Source: Octopus bimaculoides
Taxonomy: Eukaryota
Direction: 5' to 3'
DNA: 36,512 nucleotides
NCBI RefSeq assembly: GCF_001194135.2
Contig: NC_068986.1
Location: forward strand, 69,206,522-69,243,033
Part shown: positions 21,765 to 33,142 of the stretch, piece by piece
Position numbering within the stretch: the first letter of the stretch is position 1
Layout: each line of letters starts with the position of its first letter
Made by a program: the position numbers and the translations under genes
The notes under the pieces: generated by a model
What the model was told of the DNA's origin: nothing
Databases searched by the model: none
What the model saw: the letters and a program-made list of their open reading frames with translations, nothing else

Positions 21765-21818
21765 CAGCACTAAGAATACAATTTGATAAATCAGCACTAA
21801 GAATACAATTTGATAAAT
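21765..21818. repeat. Perfect 27-bp tandem duplication
   Basis: CAGCACTAAGAATACAATTTGATAAAT x2. Confidence 0.97.
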
Positions 21819-22718
21819 CAAAAAGATGGACATATCTAAAGTTGTTGTAGTTGATGATCGCGTAATAGATCATGAGATTGTTATCTCTGAGAAGGCAGCA
21901 TATAACTTGTTTCAGATTATTTAATTTTTAGATTTTATTTCTTGGTGATATTTTATCGACAAAATAATTTATTGAAGAAGGAATATGTTATCCCAGTTTC
22001 AATAAGATGAAATAATTTGTACCGACAATATGGATTTGAGCTCTCATATGTTATCAACTAAGTTAAGTGTCGAAATTTATGATTGTTGAACTCATTTCCT
22101 TTTTTATTTTCTTTATACTTGAAAATTCCATTTAAAACATAGAAGTCATATAATTATGGGTAGATATGGATAATATACTTTCAATGATTGAGTGAATGTG
22201 GTTATTCGACTGGGAACTACTGCTGCTGCTGATTATAGTTGTTTACGGAGTAAGAGAGGAAGCGAGCGATTACTGTGAGATGACAGGGAGGGTGAATGTT
22301 CTTAAGGGGAAATAGCAGCTTCTAGTTTTATATATTATCTTTTTTTCGTGAGAGATCTTTTTCCTGGGAGGGAAAGAGCATATAACGTTTCCATATTTTC
22401 GTGAAATCCATTTATTTATTCCAGTAGTTGTAGACAGCGCCATTTCGCCCTCATTCTGGGTTTGCCAACACAACATAACTTGAGAACTTGAAATTAATCT
22501 ATTGTACTTTAAAAGAGCTAAAAGTTGAGTGAATATATTTCATATATGAATAAACTTTATTTATAAAAACACATTTCTTCTTCCGAACTGGAATCTTATA
22601 ATTGGCTCACTAGTGCTTGCTGCTCAATATTCCTTATTCTAGAAATCTGGAAATATTACGAAGAATCTTAATTTTCTACTTGAAACTTAGCAAGGATGAC
22701 ACTGCTTTACAAGTTCTA

Positions 22719-23126
22719 GGCGCAGACGTGGCTGTGTGGTAAGAAGTTTCCTTCCCAACCACATGGTTCCTGGCTCAGTTCCACTGCATGGCGCCTTGGG
22801 CAGATGTCTTCTACTATATCCTCGGGCCGACCAAAGCCTTGTGAGCGGATTTAGTAGACGGAAACTGAAAGAAGCCCGTCGNNNNNNNNNNTATATATAT
22901 ATATGTATGTGTGTGTGTGTGTGTGTGTGTTCTCCACCACTGCTTGACAACTGGTGTTGGTGTCTTCATGTCCCGCAACTTAGCGGTTCGGCAAAAAGGA
23001 TCCGATAGAATAAGTAACAGGCTTAACATAAAGAAGTACTGGAGTCGACTCATTCTACCAAAAATTCTTCAAGGCGGTACTCCCGCATGGCCGCAGTCAA
23101 ATGACTGAAACAAATGAAAGATAAAA
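22719..23126 (+). mobile_element. SINE family B, full-length, small gap (N 22882-22891) at its internal microsatellite
   Basis: GGCGCAGACGTGGCTGTGTGGTAAGAAG...CAAGGCGGTACTCCCGCATGGCCGCAGTCAAATGACTGAAAC. Colinear with 8512-8930. Confidence 0.93.
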
Positions 23127-23934
23127 ACAGAAGATTAAATATATCAAAGGATAACATCCAATGTTACAAAAAACTTTAAGAGGCTATCTTTTTTTATTCA
23201 TGAAAAATTCGGAATGAAAATCAGAGGTATGTCCTACCTCTTTACTTTTTAGATGCTATAGTATTGATTATTTTAATATCCTGGTCATTGATTGATGTAT
23301 TTATGTTTTACTTGTTTACTGTCTACGACTCCGAACGGCAGTGCTGGAAGAGTCGGTAGTGGTTAATATGCAAACAGGTTACATGAAAAGTTCTAGGTTC
23401 AAATTATTCTCTGTATTATTTAAGTTTCTTCTCACACTTGTATGATAGAATGGTTTTTCTGATTAACAGCAATCCATACACTTATCAACCCTTCAACTGT
23501 ATTTAGATACCGTAAAATGTACACAGAGAAGCATGAGGACTGCGTAATCAGTGTGTTCATTGTTAATCTCCACAATTGATCTGTTGTATATGTAGGACGC
23601 ATTAGAAAAGATAAAAGATAACTATCTAGTGGATCATAAATACAAAATCTTTCATTGGCGTCTTAACGATTCGATTCCTTGAGAGATTTTAACACGTCTT
23701 TATAGATCAAGGTCTAAATTCTCTGCAAGCCAAGATTGTACTACGGGTTCAGTTTCCAGATGAAGCTATTTAAGTTAGTGTGCATGTGAATGCCAAACTT
23801 TCGGTTTCCAAACCCTAAATAAATGCTTTGGCAAAAAGGAAACTTTACTTCGATAGGGGTATTGTATTTACTTGCGGAAATATTAGTTACTTCGTACTTA
23901 GTGTTTTTCTATTTAAGAATTTTTCTTTAAGAGT

Positions 23935-24065
23935 ATATGCTGGGCAATCACAAGATTCCGGGTTCACTTCTACTACGTGACACCTTGAGTAACTGTTTTC
24001 TAGTGTAACCTCAGGGCGTTAGTAAAATTGGGTATATATAACTGTGTGGAAACTAGTAAGAAGGA
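23935..24065 (+). mobile_element. Old degraded SINE-B-like head
   Basis: CAATCACAAGATTCCGGGTTCACTTCTACTACGTGACACCTTGAGTAACTGTTTTC resembles the family B head. Confidence 0.5.
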
Positions 24066-25903
24066 CTGTAACTAATTCAGAGAGACAAGTTTGTGGCATA
24101 AAGTGTCACGCTGAATGTGTCTGAGATTAAAATTATTAAATCTCATCCAGGGATAGTTGTGAGAAAATTAGCAATTTGATTACCGAGTTTCTCCAGAGTA
24201 TACATATCCAGTAAATTCGATAACTTGTATTTCAATTATGTTTGATATATTACATACCCACTCCTTATTAGGGCCAATACTTATTTCATTGATTCAAGAC
24301 GTATATAATAGGCTAAATCAATATTAGAGTCAAATTTGAAACACTGGCAAATACGTACCGAGCATTTCACACACCACCTTCAAACTGAAAATTATTGTCA
24401 TGCTATTCTTTTTCTTTCTTTACAGGTACTACAGCTTTCTCTCGATTAGTGTCAGATGTACTTGGTATCTGCTAATTAGCGTGAATTTCTTGTTCTTTTT
24501 TGTAAAGTATTATTATGTGAAAAAAGTCTAAAATAAAAATGTGAAAATGTATATGGAAAACTTAATGATGTGATATTCTTTAGACATGAATTGAACTTAA
24601 TTTGTTTAGAGTTTCTTAAATGCAGCTTCATATGACATAGCTTTGAGAAATAAGTCGAGATATGGTGTCTGGATTACGTTATTTAATTTGCTTCTAGCCA
24701 ATTTTTCTAGTTCTTGTTTGTAGGTATTTTAGCTCGTAAGATTTTTCACGTTAGGAATACATCTATGACGTAAATCTTACGGTTCATTTAAGTCTCAGAA
24801 CAGAAATTACCAAATAACCAGTGGGTATTTTAAATTTATGTTCAGCATTGCTCAGAAATATAATGAAATAAGCAGCACGGATCATTGTTCATTAGGAGAG
24901 GAACAGTTATAAGATAACAGAAGAGATAGATGCCTTATTAGAGCCTACGGTAACGTGGGCTGGTAGCTTAGTTGAGTTATAACTTCTAAAAAAAAAAATG
25001 TATGTATTTAAAAAAAAAATATTTCTCTTATTTTTGCTGTTAGTTTTGTAATGTGTTGCCCTTAGCAAAAACTTACTTAACGTGGCCCTTAAACTAATAA
25101 CTTATTTGGCTTATTTCCAATTAATCCATTTCTGAGTCCGAAAATAGTTTATTTTAATGATATGAAGCAGCAAAGGTTGAAAGAGAGTGAGAATGGGACA
25201 GGACAACTCTAAATGAGAATTATTGTCTTGTAAGAACATTATATTCATAATATGACAGAAAATTAGGCTTAACATAATGGTTGGCATAAAGTGTTTGCAG
25301 TAAAACTTTCGGTAGTGTAATGTAAAACGTAAAAGACGCCAACTTCTGGTGAATATTATGGGGTTCAAGAATTAGTATTAGGGCAATCAGTCCAAACTAA
25401 TTATCAGGCTAATGCGAAAGATTTAGAATTTAATTTTCTGGGATTATGTTAATACCGGACGAAAGGAATTGGAAGAGTATCATACTAATTTGATGCCAGT
25501 TAGATTTTCTTGCTGGCACCAGATGAATACGAAAGAAATATATGACTGGCTATATCAAGCATGGGTGTCGGCATTTCACATTTCCGAATTTGAATCTTGA
25601 TAAAGTTAGATACAGATTTCTTTCTCTGGAGAATTAGAGATCAAATAGCAGATACTTTTACTATGAGTTAATTGAACTCGTAATTCAACTTTCTGGTACG
25701 TGTCACTTGAAGATGTTTGGTGCGTGATCGAAGTGTTTTAAAAGAAAACTGAGTAGTCTAGGTGAATCAATACTAAGGAAGGAATTGAGATCGTGGTCTG
25801 TAACAGAACAAAATGTTTACTTAGAAAAACAAACATTTTCTTCTTTATTTGACTAAGAGAATGATGCAATATTTGCTCAAGAATATGAGTTGTCAATGTG
25901 AAG

Positions 25904-26115
25904 ACAGCGAGCTGGCAGAATGGTTACCGCGCCGGGTAAAATGCTTAGCGGCATTTCGTACGTCTTTATGTTCTGAGTTCAACTTCCGCCGAAATCAACT
26001 TTGCCTTTCAACCTTTAGGGGTTGATAAAATTAGAATCAGTTAAGCGCTGGGGTCGATGTAATCGACTTACGTCTTCCCCCGAAATTGCTGGCCTTGTAT
26101 CAAAATTTGAAATCA
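25904..26115 (+). mobile_element. SINE family A, copy 5
   Basis: AGCGAGCTGGCAGAATGGTTACCGCGCCGGG...GGCCTTGTATCAAAATTTGAAATCA. Confidence 0.92.
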
Positions 26116-26842
26116 CTGTTAGTTGTCAATGTAAGCACACTGCGCGTTACGGTATTGTTATATCAGTTGGTGAGCCTAGGAGCATACAAGTTATGGTATG
26201 TTTTGGGTCTATAAATTCAAAATGTGTATGCTAATATCAACATTAAAGTACTTCTCAATAACAGTTCATACGATGAAAGTAACTCTTATGCAAAACTCGC
26301 TTAATTGAATTACTTTTATATTCACGGTACATTCGTGGTTTAATCTGAACATCCATTCATTAAAGCTCTAAACTGACAACCAGAAAATAACAGGTTTTGT
26401 GTCGGTTGCTTTAAATCCATTCGAAATATGAACTTGTTTAATGCCACGTAAGCGGTTGGGGTCTCGATGTTAGTTATAAATCTCAAACAAAAATTCAGTC
26501 GGTAAAGTGGGGTGCGAATCAAGTTAATTTATTATCTCTTCTCTTTTGACTGTTAGAGTCCATTTCTCTTAACGATTAGAAAAACAATGAATGGAAGACC
26601 GCACGTATATTATGTTGAAGGAATCTAAAGCAGACAACTCAAAGGAGTCTTGTCAAATAAGAAAACAAAGAAAATAAATCAGTGTTTTTTCCCGCCTAAT
26701 TTCCATCGGTAACGGATTTCTAGTGGTGCGGGAAGACAATTGTAAACGTATATTTAAGAATATGTGCTTTGTTTTCCAAAACGTTGTTTGTATGTATATC
26801 TTTTAGTGATAAATAGATTTCCTTTTTCTTCTTGACGTTTAG

Positions 26843-26963
26843 ATATCTCCCTTCTGTTGATGGATTGCGGAACAATTTTCGCCGACAATCATCAAACTAA
26901 GCTAACACTCAGCCGCTATTTTCCTGAGTTTGGAAGAGGAACAGACCATAAATTACTTTTCAG
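26843..26963 (+). other. Candidate internal exon (121 nt; ISLLLMDCGTIFADNHQTKLTLSRYFPEFGRGTDHKLLF)
   Basis: Strong acceptor TTTCCTTTTTCTTCTTGACGTTTAG, one open frame, donor CAG|GTGAAA. Product not recognised. Confidence 0.22.
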
Positions 26964-28225
26964 GTGAAATTAACTTCTTCAGAGACAAGGCAACGACGTT
27001 GATGGCATTATTACACGCTTGTTTTACAATGTTTTTTGTTTTATTGTTTTCCCAAGTTAGTCTGGCTTCCCTTTTATTTCACACAATATTCCTGGGAGAT
27101 TATTTACTCTCACTCAACAAAATATTCGCGATACTTATTATCTAATAATGTTTGACGGTTTAATCTTTCCTTTCTTTGGAAGTAGTAAATACGTGAATAT
27201 AAAGAATAGTTTTTCAATCGTTACTGTAAGTTTATTATAAAAGTAGTTTATCTGTATGTAACGATCAGAACACTGTTTATAGTTTCTATTTGCTAATTAC
27301 TGTTAATAATTCTTCATAAAGTTTTAGAACTTAATGGGTGTGTATCTTTGAAGTTAATGTCCGTGGGGGTGGAGTTTAGAGATTTCACTCATGTAAACAG
27401 CCAAGTTGTGTTGCTTTATCTGATGAAGTAAATCAAAACTAGTTCAACGTAACAACGATTCATTCTTTGATTTAAGATAGGCTCATACTAGGAATTTGAA
27501 CCTTATAAAGCCTGAAAGCTAACAGTAATTTTATTTAGTCGTGTTAATCTTCCCACAAAATTCAATTTCTTCTCATAGAACAATAGATTTCTGATCTGAT
27601 AACAAAGTTTATGGCAGCTATGAACCTACGTAGCTTTCTTTCTGTGCTGACTCACGAAACATATCACCTCTAAAATAGTCTGCATGTTTAAACATGTGTT
27701 CATATACAGCTAGCAGTGTGAGGCACGGTTTAAGCTTACACTAAATTTGAACTTCTAATGTTCAATGTGCTTTGCCATAAATAATTCTCCATTGAGAGGT
27801 ACAATAAGGAGTGAAATCTCATTAAAATTAATTTATTAGGGTTTCGATGTGATACTGAATTCAAAACACTCCGAAGACAATACAACTAACCACCCACTGA
27901 TGATACATCAAAAAGTAGAACTAATCAGGTGCAGGTGGAATGCATCTGATAATGCATCGGATTCTTCTGAAAGTGAATTTCCCCAACCATCAATGTTTAC
28001 TGTTGCAAAGAGGAATATTGACGTGAAAAGCCTTCAAACAGAAGAAAAATAACCAAAAAAGAAGTTTTGCGCCGGCGGCTGGAGGTGGTACCCGCTAGCT
28101 ATCAACAGAAATTACCTGATAAAGTACAAAGATATGATAACAATTGAAAACGGTGTTGTGAAAGTTCAACCCCCGGAAAAACTATTAATGTTAGTAAAAA
28201 GAAAAACAATTATTTAAAAATCTTA

Positions 28226-28834
28226 ATGTCTAAAAGGAAAAAAATTGATCGAGTGAGCGAAGAGAAAGTTGAGAAGTGCTTGAAATCCATCTGGCAGGAT
28301 ATCACATGCCTAGCCAGAGGGAAGAAGTTTGGTAGTATCGAAGTACGACTAAAAGATATAGAAACTGCACAAATACACTCAGTTAAGTCTTTAGAAACGG
28401 AGGACGTTGTTTTAATTTCAATATATATGGGAATGAGGACGTCAAAGATACGTATACCAAAGGTCCCACCTCATGTCAACCCTATGTGGTTGATGGCGGC
28501 AGTCCTGGCAAAAAAGGAAGATAATATAACACTCCTTCAGGCTACTGTCACAGAAAAGGCTTATTGGACCGGTCAAACGGTTCACCTCCTAATACAAGCA
28601 GAACAGTAAATTTTAGAACAGTTACCAGAGAAAATAGAAATTGGGGAGGAATTGCTTAACGTATTCGTCGAGGAGCGTAAGCCCCGGGGCCATATAAAAA
28701 AACGGTGTAGAGACGGCGGGGAAGAATCCGATAGTGAGGACGAGGAGAGAGAGAAACAGAAACAGAAGAAAAGAAAGCAACTAACAACAAGAGAAAAATG
28801 GAAAGTTCAAATCAACAAAATCAGGTCGAACTAA
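28226..28834 (+). pseudogene. LINE ORF1 (gag-like), copy 1
   Basis: IWQDITCLARGKKFGSIEV...PPHVNPMWLMAAVL; in-frame stop at 28607-28609; then VEERKPR-GHIKKRC, a zinc knuckle missing its CxxC half. Clearly homologous to 31942-32892. Confidence 0.82.
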
Positions 28835-29179
28835 GACCAAAAGAGAAAGACCAAAAATAGTAAGGAAAAGAGAAAAGAGAAAAACTGAAAGTAGTAAGGA
28901 AGGAAGCAGAAGACAGAGGGACAGTCGCGTTATACAGCAAAAATGAAGATTTAATGAGAGAAATAAAAGCGAAAAATCAGCCACAAGGATTGCAGAACTT
29001 TCTGATAAATATAAGAACTACGAGTTCTACGAAATGGATAAAAAGGCTCATAATGTATTACTTAACACGTATAGAAAGTTGGTGTCGATGATGAGATTGG
29101 ATTTTAATCAATCCATTTTTCAAGACTTGCCACCTCCGACCTTATGTCAAGAAAAGGTAGAGAGTCTCTCCCCATAGGA

Positions 29180-30895
29180 CACCCAGGATTAAATATGTAC
29201 GTAATATCTATTCATATTGGTTGTGTAAATGTTTATGTCCTGATGTCTAGCTGGAAACAAGGGCGCTTCCTAAATGACATCAGGTCAAGAAAATTGGATG
29301 TGATTGTTGCAACGAAAACCCGGGTGAAGGGGCCAAGAGATCCGCTCCCCCTCCTGAACGGCTATGACAAATATGTTTCTCCGAATCGAGCGGGAGGTGG
29401 GGTGGGGTGTTGGTCCTACTAAAAAGAAACCGGTAGCCGAGAAAAAGTTGTTTTTGTCTGATCCAGAAGGCAGGCTGGTCGTTCTTGACCTGACATTCAG
29501 TTGTGGCAAGATAATCAGGCTGGTTACGATTTATGCACCCAACATGCTGGGCCTGCAAAGTGAATATTTTCGTGACCTGGGCAAATTCCTGGTCACGTCG
29601 CATTCGCTAGTACTGATAGGAGACTTTAACACAATCTGTGACGCACGCACAGATTGTGTTGGCTCGAACATGAATAGGAAATGTAACCTAGGCTTACGGG
29701 ATCTGCCAAGTCACTTTCAGCTGGCAGATCCATATAGGTTGGAACACCCGAACACTTCACAGTGGACGTGGTCAAATAGTGACGGGTCTTCCAGAACATA
29801 TCTAGATAGCGTTTTAATTAGAAAAGCAGATAAGTCCATAGCTAAGTGTTCACAGTCTTATCTAGTCAGCTACAGTGAACACGAGCTGGTTACCTGTAAG
29901 CTGACAGTAGATAAGTTGCAAAGACAGGGATCTAGCGACTAGAAACACCATACGGTCCTTTTGGCGATTGAGGAGCACAGAAAGTGGATCGAGATGTTGA
30001 TACAGAGGGCATTGACAGGTACCATCATTAATAACAAATGGTTGTACGCCCTAAAAAGAGCCATCAAATATGAGTCTATTAGGTTTAGCATAAGTTTAGC
30101 TAAGAAGGGACGTAGAATAATAGATGGTCTAGTTAAGGAACTAGAAGAAACCTGGAGGACTGGTAATGCGGACCAAGTGAAGATGAAGAGACTGGAATTG
30201 AACCAGCATCAGTCCTTGACCTGGCAATGTTACAGAGGTGCCTTGCCCGTTTGGGATAAGCTCGCAAGACACGGTAAGCGTCAAACTCCGACCTGTCCAA
30301 GATGCGGAGAAGACAAGGAAACCGTCCCTCACGCTATTGTCCACTGTCCGGAGAAATCTGAAATGTGGGTTTATGCTGAACACCTGTTGTCCGGCGAAGG
30401 AAGAGTACAGCTGTCTACTGAGTCAATCATAAAAATTGACCCACCGGAGGTTTTAACAAACAAAGGTAAGAATTGTTTTCTCACGGTTGTAGCAATAGCG
30501 AAAGAGGCAGTATGGAAGACTTTTGATAGGGTTAACCATCAATATCTGGCGACTGTGCTTGCGCGGTTCAGCCTAGGCCTTGGCTTCCTCAGGTGGTTTA
30601 TCGCTTTGTATCACAACACTGACTTGATAGTTTGGGTGAACGGTTTCCCTTCGAAGCCGTTCTGCATCAGGCGCTCGGTTCGTCAAGGATGTCCGCTCTC
30701 ACCACTTTTGTATGTGATGGTTCTTGAGCCCCTACTGCGAATTAAGGGATTAAGACAGGCAACTTTATCTCCGGCTACGATTTACGATCATTTTTTACTT
30801 TTCATTTGAAAAGGAAGGTGTGGCTGGAGAAGAGCATGTTCAAAAAGGAATGGAAGCATGTCGCACGAGAGTTGTGCGTGCAAGGAACCGTGTGA
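29180..30895 (+). pseudogene. LINE ORF2: APE endonuclease, C-terminal CCHC domain and a displaced RT segment
   Basis: EN motifs IGCVNV, LDVIVATKT, GRLVVLD, IYAPN, LIGDFN, WTWSN..SRTYLD, SEHELV. C-terminal LTWQCYRGALPV..CPRCG..ETVPHAIVHC. RT motifs FDRVNH and VRQGCPLSPLLY. Several stops and frameshifts. Confidence 0.92.
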
Positions 30896-31135
30896 ATAGG
30901 CTATAAAAGAAGAACAAAAAAAGGTACCAGCAATAGATCGGGGCTTGTGGGGTCGGAGCGTGGCCTGATCATTGCTACGTCTGTGTTGTCTGTGTATTGT
31001 TAATTTCATTCAATTTTTTAATATTTTATATAATTTTTATATTCATAATTTATGTAAAATCATAACGCATTACTGATCTCAATAAGTTGTTTTGTTCATT
31101 TCTGTGTTTGGCCCCCTGTGGGCAATAAAGAAATT

Positions 31136-31290
31136 GGTATTCATCTGTCGTTACGTTCTGAGTTCAAATTTCGCTGAGGTCGACTTTCCCTTTCATCCTT
31201 TCGGGGTCGATGTAATCGACTTAATCCATTTGTCTGTCCTTGTTTGTCCCCTCTATGTGTAGTCCCATGTGGGCAGTAAAGAAATAAAAA
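31136..31290 (+). mobile_element. SINE family A body carrying a Tx1-type 3' tail
   Basis: 31136-31222 is SINE A (GGTATT..GTTACGTTCTGAGTTCAAATT..GAGGTCGACTTT..GGGGTCGATGTAATCGACTT). It continues into GTCCCCTCTATGTGTAGTCCCATGTGGGCAGTAAAGAAAT, homologous to the LINE ends at 31101-31134 and 31605-31647. Confidence 0.85.
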
Positions 31291-31323
31291 ACGTTAGCAC
31301 GCCGGTCGAACTGCTTCGCGGTA
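31291..31323 (+). mobile_element. SINE family A head fragment ending at GCGGTA
   Basis: ACGTTAGCACGCCGGTCGAACTGCTTCGCGGTA versus the family CGTTAGCACGCCGGGCGAAATGCTTAGCGGTA. Confidence 0.8.
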
Positions 31324-31647
31324 CAACGGCTCCGTGAATTATTGTGAATACTGTTGTGTTACTTTGTGAAAACTGTCTCTGTCAATAATTGTGATTTTTG
31401 TGGAATTATTACGGTTATGTTTCACGCGAGCTGCTGCATTTCCCCCCAGCTATGGCAAGCAGTAGTGTCTCCAGTAGTGTCTCATTGTGCATGTGTAATT
31501 TTGTCGTTTGTATAGTATTTCATCCGACTGTAATTCATCCGATTTTATTGTAAACGTTTATATATTTTTATCATTTGTGTGTCTGATCCCGATCAGGCTG
31601 TGCTGTCCCCTCTATGTTAGCCCCTTGTGGACAAAAAAAAGAAAAAA
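31324..31647 (+). mobile_element. 5'-truncated Tx1-like LINE 3' end (copy 2)
   Basis: T-rich UTR ending GTCCCCTCTATGTTAGCCCCTTGTGGACAAAAAAAAGAAAAAA, the same terminal motif as copy 1. Confidence 0.7.
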
Positions 31648-31649
31648 CA

Positions 31650-33142
31650 TATTTCTTAAAACATTTGGTGAGCTGAAGTTTGATTATTGTTTGAAATTAC
31701 TGTTGTTTGAATTGTCGGTAGTTTTGTGCTGCTTTGCAGCGGCCTTCTAGTTGTGCTTTCTCTATTTTATCGAGAGAAGCCATTGCAAAACGAATGTTCT
31801 ATTCGGACCTTAGTGGTTCCGAATTGTCCTCTTTGGAGGAGGAGTAAGTTCTTGCAGTCGACAGGATGGACAAATGCCTAAAGAAGAAAAGCTTTGCAGA
31901 AGTAACAGAAGTAAAGAAAAAAGAAGTAGACCTGTCAATTATTGGAAAATATGAAAAAAAAAATAATAAATATATGGCATGTAGAGTGGGTGGTGATGTT
32001 AAGCTGTCACTCACCACCCCAGAAGATAATGGAAGAGATAGACAAGACTGTAGTATACAAGGTGTACTCAGTGGAGGAAAAGAAAATAGAACATGAAGAA
32101 ACTGAAATTATAGAAAAGGCATTGTGCTTAGTCTGGCAAGTCATAACGTATCGGGCCAGAGGAAACAAATTCGGAACTATTATAGTCCATTACAAGACGG
32201 ATGACAAAGCAAGGGAAAACGCTATAAACTCAGTAAAATCAGACAAAGTGGTCCTTCTACCCACTTATTTGGGAAGGACTTCCAGGACTAGGGTGGAGGG
32301 AATCCCACCAGAAATAGATGTGGTTTGGGTCGTGTCGGCTGTTCTTCTGGGAAGTAAGGAAGAAATAGCCGTCCTCCAAGCCACAAAAACAGAAAACTCG
32401 ATTTGGAAAGGACAAACAATTGATCTGATTGTACAGGCTACAGTAGAAACACTCGAAAATTTGGTGGAAACGGTATCAATCGGAGATGTAGTGTTGACAG
32501 TGTGAGTGGACTCCTCGTTGTTTTAAATGTGGCCAAATGTGGGCAGGACTCCTCGTTGTTTTAAATGTGGCCAAAAAGGCCACATTAGAGCACACTGCCC
32601 TCTGCAGAAGCAGACTACGGAAAGGATGGACGAGAGGCCGGAAAAGAAGCAAGAAAGGTGCAAATGGAGGAAAAGGAAAGAGAGGAAGCATGGACAATTG
32701 CAGAAGGAAGAAGGAAAAAGTGGAAGAAAGAACAGTGTGATGTGGAACCCCAAACCTTACCCACCCCACCCATACCCTCTCAGACCCACCCTCTTCTTAC
32801 AGATACCGAACCCGCCCATCTCCCTCTTACACAATCCAAAAAGAAAAAAAAATGCAATCACAACAAAGTATAAAGAATTTCCCTCCCTGTGAAGTAAATT
32901 ACGTTTGTATATTGACGAACAAAGAGAATAAGGAACTAATTCGGAAAGTTACAGATTGGAAGACGGCAAAATTTGTCCATACAAAAGGATATACGAACAC
33001 AATAGGGTGGCACATGTGTGTGCTACTTTCAGAAAAGCAGATAGAAGTGAGGAAATACAAAAAAAGATTATAAGTTCTGGAAAATCAATACAGACAACAT
33101 AGGGTATGAAGAACTATTAGAGAAATTTGGTGTTGATGTTGT
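31650..33142 (+). mobile_element. Tx1-like LINE copy 3, 5' UTR and ORF1 only (frameshifted)
   Basis: KKSFAEVT; VWQVITYRARGNKFGTI...IPPEIDVVWVVSAVL; CCHC knuckle RTPRCFKCGQKGHIRAHC (about 32547-32600); Lys/Glu-rich and Pro-rich tail. No ORF2 follows. Confidence 0.85.

Larger units (their letters stand above)
27900..31134 (+). mobile_element. Tx1/L1-clade LINE, copy 1 (ORF1, rearranged ORF2 and 3' UTR), defective
   Basis: ORF1-like region, apurinic endonuclease, zinc-finger and RT motifs, and a T-rich 3' UTR ending GGCCCCCTGTGGGCAATAAAGAAAT. The 5' boundary is approximate. Confidence 0.88.

Noticed and set aside
23161-25570. PH-domain-like strings with TGA at expected Trp positions (GYLFLFMKNSE*, LLAPDEYERNI*)
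   Set aside because: The motif spacing is imperfect and such strings are expected by chance in AT-rich DNA. No evidence for a TGA=Trp code.
26380-26430. Myosin-like motif ITGFVSVALNPFEI
   Set aside because: Immediately followed by a stop, with no other myosin motifs nearby; likely chance.
27890-27945. CTGATGA-TAC..GTA-GAAC hammerhead-like string
   Set aside because: The core is GAAC rather than GAAA and stem I does not pair. CTGATGA at about 27420 and CTGATTGA near 9575 (minus) fail similarly.
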